From assembly GCA_964016885.1 (NCBI GenBank), contig OZ024743.1, positions 127,968,001 to 128,032,000 on the forward strand: 64,000 nucleotides of DNA, read 5' to 3'. Origin of the DNA: Eledone cirrhosa. Taxonomy: Eukaryota. This document shows, one piece after another, positions 1 through 13,270 of the stretch. Every line of letters begins with the position of its first letter. The first letter of the stretch is position 1. The notes under the pieces were generated by a model. That model searched no databases. It was not told the origin of the DNA and saw nothing but the letters and a program-made list of their open reading frames with translations. Position numbers and translations under genes: made by a program.

Positions 1-643
1 GAAAGGATGAAAGGCAAAGTTAACCTCGGAAAAATAATATGAGTTAAAGATGCACAGTATTATAAAAGCTAATATTTTAAAACACTATGGAAGGCCGTAT
101 TGGCTAAAATATGTATCTGTCCATAAGCTGCATTATTTTTACTTTCATTAATGTTATTTAACTAGAGGTTACAAACATTAATTCCATTAATTACATATAT
201 GCGCCGGTTTATTTTCCTAGGGACATATATTTGCAAATGACACATATTTACACGTGTAGCCCCATTATAAGCTCACATACACATACACGGCACGTGTGTG
301 CTCATATAAGGTACACCCAATGCCTCTTCTCCACCATCTTATGTGAGCGCAAACATATACATAAGTACATGTGCACACAGACATACGCGTATATATACTG
401 TTAATATAACATTACTAATATACACAACGGAACTGTATTTGCAGAGTACATAAAAATGTGTATATTGTTGCACAAATAAACCTACACTTACATATATATA
501 TAATAAATATAGATAAATACGGACAATAATATCGTTTCACGCCCCTATACAGGTTTCTATACCAGTTGGGGTAAAGCTATATACTTATATACACATCATA
601 TGTAAGCACTCATACACATATGTACAAGTACACACACTCGGAC

Positions 644-700
<57 letters not shown>

Positions 701-702
701 TA

Positions 703-821
<119 letters not shown>

Positions 822-1131
822 TAGAAATGTAAGCTATCGCCGTATTTTGACTAAAGAAATTAAAGAAACTATTTAGCCTGATAGTGGGGTTAAGAACACT
901 CGGAGAAAATGGAAAAAGATGAGTATTGACGTACATGGCAGTCGAACCCACATGTTTGGTTATCCGGACTCCCATGTACGTCAATACTCATCTTTTTCCA
1001 TTTTCTCCGAGGGTTCTTAACCCCACTATCATGCTAAATAGTTTCTTTAATTTCTTTAGTCAAAATACGGCGATAGCTTACATTTCTAATAATTTCAAAC
1101 CCACTCGCTGTTTCGAAAATATTCTTACTTG
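822..1131. mobile_element. Fold-back mini-element in (TA)n: 117-bp inverted arms (822-938 / 972-1088), 33-nt spacer, one-sided 3' tail
   Basis: tagaaatgtaagctatcgcc...gacgtacatgg is the near-perfect reverse complement of ccatgtacgtc...cttacatttcta; (TA)n on both sides; no intact hammerhead core read. Confidence 0.85.
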
Positions 1132-1164
<33 letters not shown>

Positions 1165-1539
1165 AACAATGAGTTAGAGACTTTGTTGGTATGTAATCAA
1201 CAGAGCTATGTTCATAACAGATATGGAGCACTCGACAAAAATAAAATTTATCTGGAGTATTATAATAATAATAGTAATAAATTGAAAATATATCACTATA
1301 GCATCATAATTTATTTCGTCATATATATTTCAGGGATACTAAGTTATAGTATGCCTTCTTCAGACAAAATACAATATTAGATGTATAAAAATGTGATATA
1401 CTCATAAAAGAGATCTCATGCGATCAATTTAAAATGGGTATGTGATTCAAAATCTCAAAATTTTCTAGGATGTAAAGTTATGGGGAAAAATAAACAAATA
1501 AATAAATAATAAAGACAGTTAAAATAGACGCTTAAATCA

Positions 1540-2225
1540 AAATCAGTTTAGTTCAACAGTTCTTTCACGCTCTCGATAAATGTTTCCATAGAAACCATAA
1601 ATATTACCAGATTTTTAATAGAGATACTATCAAATTGCCATACTCTATAACTATGAACATCGCCCAAAATATAGCAAAAATTAATAATAGGAATCTTAAA
1701 TTGAATCAAATAACCCCAGCACTAACAATAGTAATATTGATAATAACATTAGCAATAATAATAATGTACACCTTAATAATAGAAACCTACCATCAAATAA
1801 TAACATAAAGAATTGCAATTGTAAGAACAGTCTATCTTGCTCGTTAAATAATAAATGCCTTGACCGCAATCTAGTGTATAAACGCATTGTTAAAACTAAT
1901 GATAAGTCGTATAACTATATAGGTGCCACTTCATCTAAATTTAAGGAAACATTGTATAACCACACGCATACTTTTAAACGAATGGATAAGAAATTCTCAA
2001 CTTCCCTATCTCAATTAATATGGTCTCTAAAATTATTCACTATCTTAGCAGAAGCTAGATAACCCCTCACCAAATGTAAATTCTTCTATCTCTAAATATT
2101 GTAATCTTTGAAATACAGAAATTCTCATTTTATTAGTAATACAAAATCTATTATTAATAAAAGAAATGAAATATTCAGTGGCTGTCTACACAAGATTTAC
2201 AAATCATTTCATAGAATATATAGCT
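1540..2225 (+). pseudogene. Penelope-like element remnant, GIY-YIG endonuclease C-terminal region
   Basis: Fragmented frames read FNRDTIKLPYS...NCNCKNSLSCSLNNKCLDRNLVYK...YNYIGATSSKFK...YNHTHTF...STSLSQLIWSLK; same motif order as the 38.0-38.8 kb copy; frameshifts and stops. Confidence 0.8.
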
Positions 2226-2365
2226 AAATTTATATATTTGTTCTATGTATATGATTGACTTAATTGTCATCTATATATAGATATATGGATATAATTATGG
2301 GTTCCCTTAGATATATGCATATATATATATCGTAACAGCATAATGAGTGCCATTATTTATTGACA

Positions 2366-2551
2366 AGGGCGGTGGATTGGCAGTATCAGTAGAGGATCGG
2401 ACGCCATGCTTTCCAGCATAGTTACGTCCCTTTACGATCTGAGTTCAAATCCCGCCGAGGTTGACTTTGCCTTTCACCCTTACGGGGTCGATAAAATAAA
2501 GTACCAGTAATGCACTGGGTAATTGCTGGCCTTGTGCCTAAAGTAGAAACA
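2366..2551 (+). mobile_element. tRNA-derived SINE with 14-bp target-site duplication
   Basis: A-box-like tggcagtatcagtag, B-box gagttcaaatcc, core gcctttca.ccttacggggtcgataaaataaagtaccag; attatttattgaca at 2352-2365 and 2552-2565. Confidence 0.9.
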
Positions 2552-2793
2552 ATTATTTATTGACATAATATATTATATGTATTATGCTCACATTATAGGC
2601 CCCAATACTAATTTCTTAAAATAATATAATTTTTATTATAATTAATATGAGTTCTTCCCGTTTGTTTGTTTATTTACTTATGTAAATACAGCCTTATAAC
2701 TTATAACACATAACTTATACCTTTATTTTTTCGTAACATTAGAATATAAGATATATATAGCGATCTATATACATATATATAAGCGTATGTATG

Positions 2794-2842
<49 letters not shown>

Positions 2843-4240
2843 TAAACGCTCACAAGCGGTCTATCGGCCGCTCTGTGTTGTTTTTGCCAAGAATAAGTAA
2901 ATGACATAGTCACTACTTTAAAAGTCATAGCGAATGGTCTTCCAAATGTTTTTAATTAAACATACAGTATATTGCCAAATATACTATACATACATTCATG
3001 TATACATTGCTATTTCAGAGCACCAATATATTAAAAAAAAACATTTCAAGCGTTTACTTTAACTGTCCTTATTATTCATTTATTTGTTTATTTTTCCCAA
3101 TAACTTTACATCCTAGGAAATTTTGAGATTTTGAATCACATAAATAAAATTTAAAAAAAATAAATAAACAAATAAGCAAAGCATTTAGTCAAACAATTCT
3201 CTAGGGAATATATGATAGTGCTAACAGTTAGAATCACTGGCTTACTGTATTCATACATGACACACACACGCGCATTTATATATATACTAGCTGAGGTACC
3301 CAGCTTCGCCAAGGTTAACAAATGATAAGAGAAGACCGGCAGAAGAGAAAACGTCTGTATTGAATGTAATGTCTTATTTACAGTGTGTGTGTATTGTGTG
3401 TGTGAGTGTGTGTGTGTGTGTCTGTGTGTGTGTGTTTGTGTGTGTTTGTATATATATATGTATGTGTGTGTGTGTGTATGTGTGTATGTATATATATATG
3501 TGTGTGTGCCTGTGTGAGTGTTCGTGTGTGTGCGCGCGCGTGTGTGTGTGTGTGTGTGCCTGTGTGAGTGTTCGTGTGTGTGTGTGTGTGTGTGCCTGTG
3601 TGAGTGTTCGTGTGTGTGTGTCTGCATGTGTGTGTGTAAACCACCGTTGGAATCGGAGACATAGGCCGCGAAACACGATCATCACTGACAACGAACTCGC
3701 AGAGAGAATCCCTTATGGTTGATTCCCAACCTGCTAGAAATAGCAGTCAGGTTGGTTAGCATACGTGGTATGTCTTTCTTTTTCTTTGGTGTTATAAAAT
3801 TAGTATCAATAAACTTTCCTTGATATACTATTATCCCAATCCTGTACATACTTTCCGATTGTCACTTTTCGTATTTTTCGTGTGATACGCGAAGGAACCA
3901 ACCAACAAACATCTCTTTTATATTATGTATAGGTTACTATATATCTTTTGTTTGTTCATTCAAAATATTTTTCAGCTAATTCTGTCGTACAATATACATC
4001 AGCAATCGTTATCTAATGTTTAAAACATATGAATAGCTGCGATATATGCACCATATCAATCAAAAACGATATGAGAATTGAATACCATACTAAAGCGCCA
4101 GTAAGCTTGCTAAGAACCTGCAGATAGAAATGTTAATAAATACAACATTTGGCTTGGGAAAACTTTAAGATGTTCTTTTATTGTAGGTTTCTTTTCTCCT
4201 TCTCTCCTTCCTCTCCTCTTCCTTCTTTATCCCCCCCCCC

Positions 4241-4282
<42 letters not shown>

Positions 4283-4927
4283 GGCTAGGTTTACCGGCAT
4301 TTTATCTTTTCCGGAATCCCCCCTCCACTCCAGTGCAAAGATACCGCACGCCCTCTCAAGTGTGTGTGTGTAGCGGGGGAGGGGCGTGCTCTGATGTTGG
4401 GTTTGAATAGTTTTTAGGATTCCCCAGTTCAGCAGCCAGTACGTTAAAAAAAATTGATAGTTACAACAATAAAGGTTGAACAGAGAACACGTTTTTTAAC
4501 AAATTTTACAATAATTTGTACAACCATAATGGAAATTCCAAGTAACAGAAAATACATAAATTACATTGTTAGAACCTCAGAGAATACAATATTTTTTGTT
4601 CGGCCCTCGAGAGCAAAGATGAAGAGATTGTTTGGCGAGCTCACCCTAGGCATCCTATATACAATTGACCATGGTTTTCCCAGATGAAGGCCAGCCACTT
4701 TTAGGGTTTGACCTTGAGCTTTGTTGATGGTAATCGCGAAGCTTAGTCTCTCTGTTGCTCGAGTAACATTTTTTCTTCTGGAAAATCTGATCTTGCGGCC
4801 AGGCTAGGACATTTTGTGTGGCATATCGGCAGTAACAATGACGATAAACCGTCTGTGCTTTCGTGAAATAAATACGTTTGTTTATATTTTGTTTTTGTGT
4901 ATGCAAAACTATCTGTACACAAATATA

Positions 4928-5018
<91 letters not shown>

Positions 5019-5233
5019 TTATAATTTATAATTTATCATTTATTTTGTTTGACCTGTTTAGCTTGATTTATTTTTTGGCTTAGGTGGTTAATGCCTTCTT
5101 AACCACTTTTTCAGTTTGTATGGCGTTTTAACATATTGTTTAGCTCTAGTTTTTTAACTATTGAGCGCTTGCCAGCATTTCTACGATTTTGCGTTTCGTT
5201 TCGCTTTTCTACCAGCCGAAATGCGATTCTCAC

Positions 5234-5279
<46 letters not shown>

Positions 5280-5651
5280 AAAACAGATTAAAGTTTAAGC
5301 TAAGAATCGCTGCTCTCACTCTTAACGGGATCTTCTGAAACTAAAAAAAATCAATCTGTGAACGCAGAAGTAAATATTTCGAAAAACGTTGCAACTGAAA
5401 GAAAACAGGAAGATGATAGTTTGGTTCGTGACGACGTTAGGAATGTCATATAACCGAAAGTGTTGACTTTTGAAAATTTTAAAGAAGTGAATATTTAAAT
5501 AATGTCTTTAATCTTTTAACAAAATTCAGTAGACGAAAATACCCTCACCTTTTTACTTGGAAAAAGTTACATCTATGGTGCAAATTTGGAGCTGTTTGGT
5601 CCAGCCGTTTGGCGGAAAGTTTGTTACCTACATACGGCCGCCAGATTTATA

Positions 5652-5685
<34 letters not shown>

Positions 5686-5688
<3 letters not shown>

Positions 5689-6355
5689 AAATTGGAGCTC
5701 GCTTCAAGCATAGCTTTATACAATATGTATAGAAATTTCGTATTTCGAAAGAAATACGATTTTAGGAAGCCGTGGCTATGCGAAGACCGGGTGGTTAACG
5801 GCCTCTGGTGTAGTCCAGCAGAAGCAAAGGGGACAGCCGTCTATGCATTTCAGGCTTGACTGGCCATTGTCAGGACGATCCCTCAGGCTGCTCTGCGACG
5901 GCTGGACTTGAAAACAGCCGAGAATATATAGTTTTCTCGTCTGTGTAAATGAGGTGATTAATCTCATTTGCATATGAAGCTGAATAAGTCGGCTCAACTT
6001 ATAATAGAAAAGAAATAGGATTTTGCTTCATGCATAGCATTATAGAATATGTATGGAAATTTCGCATATCGAAAGAAATACGATTCTAGGAAGCCGTAGC
6101 TATGCGAACACCGGGAGGCTAACGCCCTCTGGGTTTGTCCAGCAGAAGCAGGGGGGGGGGGGAGTTGAGCCAACTTATGGTGCTTCATATGCAAATGACA
6201 TTAATCACCTCATTTACACAGACGAGAAAACTATATATTCTCGGCTGTTTTCAAGTCCAGCAGTCGCAGAGCAGGCTGAGGGATCCTCCTGACGATGGCC
6301 TGTCAAGCCTGAAATGCACAGACAAGTATATAATGTGAAATGAAACTGGAAGGCC
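5686..6355. mobile_element. Composite A-B(inverted)-A-B element in (TA)n carrying a hammerhead motif in B
   Basis: A ~5686-5830 is a direct repeat of ~6010-6150; B 5839-5999 is the reverse complement of 6163-6323; flanked by (TA)n. Confidence 0.8.
6286..6323 (+). ncRNA. Minimal type I hammerhead ribozyme motif (each of the two copies has a core substitution)
   Basis: ctc CTGACGA tggc ctgtcaa gcct GAAA tgca c a gac; the mirror copy on minus (5839-5876) reads gtc CTGACAA...GAAA tgca T A gac; their consensus is canonical. Confidence 0.7.
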
Positions 6356-7348
6356 CATATATATATATATATGTGTGTGTATCTATATATATAAATGTAT
6401 GTGTGTATACATATATATATGTATGTGTGGAGGTGGGTATATGGTGATCTATATACACTGGTCATAGACACACACACACACACATATATATATATACACC
6501 CACACACATTCACATATATATATACACAACAAGACCACCAGTTCTCTTCCATTCGCCTTCTCTGTCTCCTCTCTCTCTCTCTCTCTCTCTATGTCTCTCT
6601 TTCAATCTACTCTGTCACAACCACTATCTCTTCCTCTCTATCTTTCTCTCTCTTTGTTTATGAAGGTACCCTATATGAAAGACTCCATATCTCGGGAATC
6701 CGTGTTCCGATTTACGTGAAACTTGTTTTATTCCATTTGTATTCCCATTTCAGGGGCAACTTCCTTTCAAAGTATTTTTCCATTATACGCCGTTTTGGTT
6801 GTATTACATTACAGACAAGCAAGCAAGCAAGCAATCTCAGAGTTTCAGTAGTATAAACACGTGGGGTAGTCACTCCACCATTACTACTGCTTGGAACCTG
6901 CCGGCCGGCTGAGAACAAAATACCTGTTGACGAAATGGCAGCCTTGTTCGATCGTTATACCAAAAGCTTACAACGAAAGCAGGCAGTATAATTGATGTAG
7001 ATGTCACAGAAACCTCCCAGTGGATTCTACCATCAATTTCCAGGAGGTCCAGGTAAATCTTTTGTTAACCTGTTTAACTTGCTTCGTTTTTTTGGGCTCA
7101 GGTGGCTATAGCTTCACGACCACCGTTTTCATTTTGTCTGGCCTCTATAACGTATATTAATTGCTCTGGTCTTCTTTTAGTCCATTGAGTGCTTGCCGCA
7201 TATCTCGAAATTTGCTTTCCGCTTTTTTTTTTTGCCACCGCCGAAATAGGATCTTGCCGAAATTATATTTGTATGCATGGCCTCAGCCGGATGGCTGAAA
7301 CAGGTAAAAGCGTAATATATATATATACATATGTACACACACACACAT

Positions 7349-7431
<83 letters not shown>

Positions 7432-7524
7432 ATATAGAAAAGCTTCCTATATTAAATATGTATACTCTGCTTTGTATTGAGTACCTTACTTACTGTGGTT
7501 AACCTCGATTGAACCCGGGATAAA

Positions 7525-7581
<57 letters not shown>

Positions 7582-8191
7582 TAAATCATGTCTTTAGAAT
7601 CATCAGATAATAAAATATATACTATTTCTTCTTCTAATTAGCATAATTAACCATATAAAAAATCAATTAGAACAAGCTATAAGAATAAATGCTCTTATGG
7701 AGAAATCTCCGACAAATAACCGAACGTAGCCTCTTCGCGGCGGCCTCAATCGAGTATTTATCCAACATTTCGACAGCATGTAGAAACTGACTAAATATAC
7801 CATCAACCATACACAATTAGGTGTAAAATTAAACTTAGAAGAAATGCGCACATACTGTAATTATATCTCTACCATGGTTTCTTCCTTATTTTTAGACATC
7901 CAAATAATAAGAATGTCCTGAGTTAGGATTCATCAGGAGACAAACTCAAAATCAGACATCTAGTTTTTCAATATATATATATGCACATGCACAGACTCAA
8001 TAGCCTGGATACATACACGCGCCCACATACATATATATATACACGTAACCACTCGCGTACGAGTGTACGGACATACTCAGGGATAGACTTCTAACTATAT
8101 GTACGTTCCTACCGTACAAATATTACTACACTTGCGCGAAGGCTTGCTGAATACACAAGCCGAAACCACTTGGCGCCGCAGTCGGGATTTA

Positions 8192-8228
<37 letters not shown>

Positions 8229-8591
8229 ATATATCTATCGTCCAAGATGGTTGACTGAATACGCACGTGTGTTTCCTTTTTCCATCCTCTGTATTTCCCT
8301 CATTTGTTCTCTGTTCCTTCCTTTTATCACCATTTACTTTCTATTTATCTTCTATTTCTAGCTTCTGACGAAAAACTAGTGTCCGAAAAGTAAAAATTCT
8401 CTTTCTGCTATTTCAAGCGTTAAACTAATATATTTCTTCCATGTACTGTTTTGTTTGTTTTGTTTTTTTGTTTTTTTCTGTTTACCTTTTACATACATGT
8501 ATGTATGTATGTATGTATGTATGTATGTATGTATGTATGTATGTATGTATGTATGTATGCATGCATGTATGTATGTATATATGTATGAATG

Positions 8592-8666
<75 letters not shown>

Positions 8667-8668
<2 letters not shown>

Positions 8669-9153
8669 GCCAACCCTTACATATGGTCATGGATCTTGGG
8701 TAATGACCGAAAGAATACGATCGCGAATACAAGCGGCCGAAATGGGGTTCCTCCGAAGGGTCTTTTGGGTAACGTTACTCGATTATCGTGCGTAGCTCGG
8801 ATATCAAGGAGTTGCTCAAGATGGAGCTGCTACTTCTCCAAATTGAGAGGTCACACCTCCGATATTACGGACATAGGGTTAGAATGTCCGAGGAAAGAAC
8901 CGTTGGACAGTTCAGATTTTACTGACAAAACCAACCGATAGGAGACCCAGGAGTAGGCCCCGAGCAAGATGGTTGGATTACATTCATGATCTCGGCTGGT
9001 CTCGCTTGGAGATCTAGTTGGATCAATTCGAGCAGGCTGCTGCTTTTGCTGACCCGTTGGAATGTGTGTTTGAAGACTCTGCTTCCGCGACCCTCCCAAG
9101 AAGAAGAAGAAGAAGAAGAAGAAGAAGAAGAAGAAGAAGAAGAAGAAGAAGAA
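8667..9153 (+). mobile_element. 5'-truncated RTE-clade LINE 3' end with (GAA)n tail
   Basis: [31 protein letters not shown], then a frameshifted RP.GRPR.RW-type C-terminus; ends in (GAA)n at ~9098-9153. Confidence 0.8.
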
Positions 9154-10070
9154 GGATTAAATTGCAATATCGCTCTTACTGGCACATCACAGATCGACAG
9201 AACGTGAGCAAGCACTTAACCACCAGCTGACGAATCCGATGTACAATAGAACAGGTACAAACTTTGATTATTCAAGATGATACCGTCACATCTCTTCTCT
9301 CATATTTCCTTTGTATGTAAATGTAACGTTTTAATCTATTTATTTTCTTATTTATTCAATTTAAAGTTCCGTTTAGAGCTAGTGACCCATGGTAGACTAG
9401 GGAAGGTATCTAGCATTCCTTAGAGTTAAAAAAAAAGATAAGACAGAGAGAGAAAAAAGGGAAGCCAACGTGAGGCAGAAAAAGCATAAATAAGGTGAAA
9501 TAAAAGTGAAAAACAAGGACAGCTTTAAAGTAGCTAGAAGCTTCTGTTATTGAATCTTTTCGTAGCCTCCATGTGCTGGAAGATTTGCATACAGTTGTTG
9601 GATCTTTAACAATGTATTGTATCTCCAATCTCCCATCAGCTTCATAGTGTCCTCTCTCTAAGACAGGTAGTTTCTGCATTGGAACAACAGTACCAAATAA
9701 TTTCTGGGCAGTTTCCACAAGAGCATACGTTTACCATAAAATTCTTAACGATATATCATTTGACATTTAATTTAGGATCGTCTCAATCAACAAGTAAGTA
9801 CCCAGCGTGGGACTAGGTAGTGTTAACAGCATTGGGATGATTTATCGCTTGGTTGATAAGTGATTGCTCCCGTTCTGTTGCTCGTCATCTGATATTACAA
9901 TAAGAACAATATTGCAGTTAATCCAGTAACGCATTTATGCACATATATATTTTTGCTCAATTCTTCAAGCGGGGAAAACGGGGGCTAAATGATGGTAACA
10001 TATACATATTATCATCATCCTTTAATGTAAGGGTTCGACATACATACATATATACATACATACACACACA

Positions 10071-10105
<35 letters not shown>

Positions 10106-10136
10106 GCACGCACACACACACACACGCACACGCATG

Positions 10137-10173
<37 letters not shown>

Positions 10174-10179
<6 letters not shown>

Positions 10180-10606
10180 ATGATATTAATAAATGGAAGC
10201 TATATTTATAAAACCATATTTATTCTATTATATAAATTTCAAGGGTACCAAAACTTTGGTACGCTCTCATCAGATAAAATACAAAGTTTGTTTTATAAAT
10301 ATTGACATATCCAGGAAGGAGATCTTAACGGTTCAAGTTTATCCAGGAAAAATCTTGAACAGTTAAGATCTCCTTCCTGGATATGTCAATATTTATAAAA
10401 CAAACTTTGTATTTTATCTGATGAGAGCGTACCAAAGTTTTGGTACCCTTGAAATATATATAATAGAATAAATATAGTTTTATAAATATAGTTTTCATTT
10501 ATTTAATATCATTGATATTATACTCCAGAAAACTTGTCGAGTGCTTCGAATCAGTTATAAATATATATGTTGAATTACCAACAAATTAAATATCCCTTTT
10601 TGCTTA
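10174..10606. mobile_element. Fold-back mini-element (~165-bp arms, 10174-10337 / 10354-10518) with hammerheads and a one-sided tail, in (TA)n
   Basis: Near-perfect inverted repeat centred ~10345; tail 10519-10606; (TA)n on both sides; same family as 53185-53320 and 54840-55189. Confidence 0.9.
10410..10470 (+). ncRNA. Type I hammerhead ribozyme (mirror copy on minus 10221-10281)
   Basis: tattttat CTGATGA gagcgtaccaaa-gt-tttggtaccctt GAAA tatata T A atagaata: stem I, stem II and palindromic stem III all pair. Confidence 0.85.
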
Positions 10607-10711
10607 TATATATATATATATATATATATATGCATGATAACTGCCACTTCTTTACAGAAGACTGCCATCTCATCAACAAATTCCCTGCTATTATGACACC
10701 CCCCCCCCCCC

Positions 10712-11790
10712 TTCGATGCTGTGCGGAACTCATCTGCAATGTCAGTTTCGACAGCGCGGGCTGGCAACAGGCGACGCTCCCAGCGAGGTTCGGTGGCCTC
10801 GGTCTCCGATCAGCTTCGGACCTAGCTTTACCTGCCTACCTCTCCTCTATCTCATCCTATTGTGCGCTCGTCAGCGAGGTTCTCAGTCAGACAGCCGAAC
10901 CTGACCTGCCCCCCCCCCCCCCCGAGATGGAACAAGCTCTGGCCTACTGGACAGGCGAAGGCCTCTCTATCCCCCAGTATACCACGGTCCAACGTAACTG
11001 GGGCGACATCAATTGCAGGTCCTCTTTCAGGCAGATAAAGTCTTGCTTTGGACCAAACCCTCCTCACTTGCCTCCGCTCCGCTTCTCAGCCCAACAGTGG
11101 AGCGTGGCTCAATTAGGTGCCCTCCCCATCAACCGGTACCCTACTTGATGATGAGTGCACTCGCATCGGAGTAGCCTAACGCCTTGGCCTCCGCGTGCGT
11201 GAGCCACATAAATGCTGGTGAGAGGCGGTTGTTGACAAGTTCGGCCTGCACCCTGTGTCTTGCCGCCAGAGCGTAGACCGCTTCCCCCGACACGCCGCTC
11301 TCAACGACATATTGAGAAGAAGCCTGGACGCAGCTGGCTTTCCATCTCAACTGAAGCCAGCAGGCTTAGACCGTGGAGAATGCAAGCGCCCTGGCGGAAT
11401 CACCCTCTTCCCATCCGAAGGAGGTAGATCCCTCACCTGGGACGTCATCTGCTGCGACACGTTTTTCTGCCTCCAACTTAGTCGCTTCGGCCACAAACCC
11501 TGGCATCATAGCCCGCCTCGCAAAAGAACGTAAAATAAACAAATACCGGGATGTGTCAGGCCGCTTCCTCTTCGCACCGGTCGCCGTCGAGACCTCAGGC
11601 GTACTTGGACCCCGCACTGCCGAGCTCCTCCGCAAAATCGGAGCATCGGTGGCCCGTCTGAGGAGGGAGCCCCGCGAGGTTGGGTGGCTGTTGCAGCGGG
11701 TGTCACTGGCCATTGTCTGGGGGAATGCTTTTGCGGTCTTGTCAGCGGGGCGCAGCACTTCTGCCCTCTTGCCCTAGGCGCAAAGCCCAA
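10712..11790 (+). mobile_element. 5'-truncated CRE-clade non-LTR retrotransposon (RT thumb, Cys/His finger, restriction-like endonuclease), degraded
   Basis: QQATLPARFGGLGLRSA; SC...RHAALNDILRRSL; KRP.GITL...WDV.C.DT; KINKY...FAPVAVETSG; WLLQRVSLAIVWGNA; split over several frames. Confidence 0.85.
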
Positions 11791-12379
11791 TCACCCCCCC
11801 CCCCCCCTTCTCTTCTGCGACACCAGCGCTCGACATCCCCTCCCATTCCCCTTCTTTTTTTTTTCTTTCTCTCTCTTTTTTCTATATTTCCCTATTCTTT
11901 CTTTCCGATTGATGACTGAACAAGCTTCGTTTAGGTCACCTTTTCTAAACCCTTCCCATGTGATATGGATGAACAGTGCGTCTCCAAAAAGGATGTTCAA
12001 GACTCCGCCGAAGCATGTTGCTGTTCAGGTTAACAATGCAGCGGCGTTAGGAAAAGACTCGAGCCGCCCACACGTAAATTTGTGACTATGTGCTTCTAAC
12101 TGGTCGAGTCTACAAACGTCACTACTCCTCCACCATCGTGGGACTTGTGAAGAAATATCTGCACATAAAGATGGCAATGCTACGTGCGTGTGTTACGCAC
12201 ATAGCATCCACTCCATCCTCACAGCTATGTGTCCAGTGACAAGCTAAGGCAAGATAACAGGACAGTTACGAGGTTCGTATGTTTTATTGTTATGGAGTTT
12301 AAACTCTCCAGGGGATGTAGCCGTACTCACCACGCTTAGCCAATTGCTGGTTGGTGAGGCTATTTCATCAGATCAAGGT

Positions 12380-12630
12380 TTTTCTTCATACCTTTTATAT
12401 TCTTTGTATAAAGTTTCAGGTCGTCCACAAAGAAGTTAAGTGTTAAGTTCGTGTTTCTGGCTTCCTATGAACCAATTACATACCCTTCATATTGCATAAG
12501 CATAAAGAACAAGGAGGTTATTGACAGTAGAATAGATCGGAGAGGCTGTCTGCTTGAAATATACCCCTACGATATTCTATTTTATCAGTGACAATATAAT
12601 CCCCCTTGTCTTCGGGATTGTGGCATAAGG
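12380..12630 (-). pseudogene. R4/Dong-type reverse transcriptase fragment
   Basis: Minus-strand IEYRRGIFQADSLS and downstream LNFFVDDLK motifs; interrupted upstream by a repeat shared with 29262-29400. Confidence 0.6.
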
Positions 12631-13069
12631 TTGTTTTGATTTGTTTCTTCAGAATTCGTACACATTGTTTTCCTCGGTCGTAAAAATGATAGAAAGATAA
12701 ATTACGATTGAAAAGTTGAGGTAAAATTATCAGAAAGATTTCACTTAGGTGACTTAGGCGAGCCATTTCTAAAGCTTCGCGGGTTGCCCATGACTGGTCT
12801 ATTGTGACACGTAGTGTCAAATTTCTCGGTGACAGGGCTGTTTCAAGGGACTGTTTGTGTATTTCAATTGTTTGTTGCTGATGGTCTGACTTGTAACTCG
12901 GCAACACATGTTGATTACATGTCCGAACTAGGAGACTGATCACTTATTGTTGTTATTTGTAAGGGTTTCACACTTTCGTTACTGTTTTGAATAAAAAAAA
13001 AGGGGGGAGGGGCTATTTTGTCGCAGCCAGTAAAATAACCCCCGCTCCCCCTCCGGCTATTTTGCCAGT

Positions 13070-13270
13070 AATAGTGTCAGACACCATGCTTTGTAGCATA
13101 GAATTGCAGCCCTTTGCGGTTCGAGTTCAAAACCCGCCGAGGTTAGCTTTGCCTTTCATCCTTACAAGGTCAATAAAATAAAGCACCAGTAATTCACTGG
13201 GGTCGATTTAATTGATTTTCCCGTCTCCCAAAATTGTTCGCCTTGTGCCTAAATCAGAAATCATTATTAT
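13070..13270 (+). mobile_element. tRNA-derived SINE
   Basis: cgagttcaaaaccc B-box followed by the same core and tail as 2366-2551. Confidence 0.8.

Noticed and set aside
2366-2460. tRNA gene
   Set aside because: A/B boxes belong to a multi-copy SINE head with a TSD; no cloverleaf
4430-4906. Possible Tc1/mariner transposase N-terminal remnant
   Set aside because: Only a vague resemblance; no TIR or catalytic motif could be confirmed
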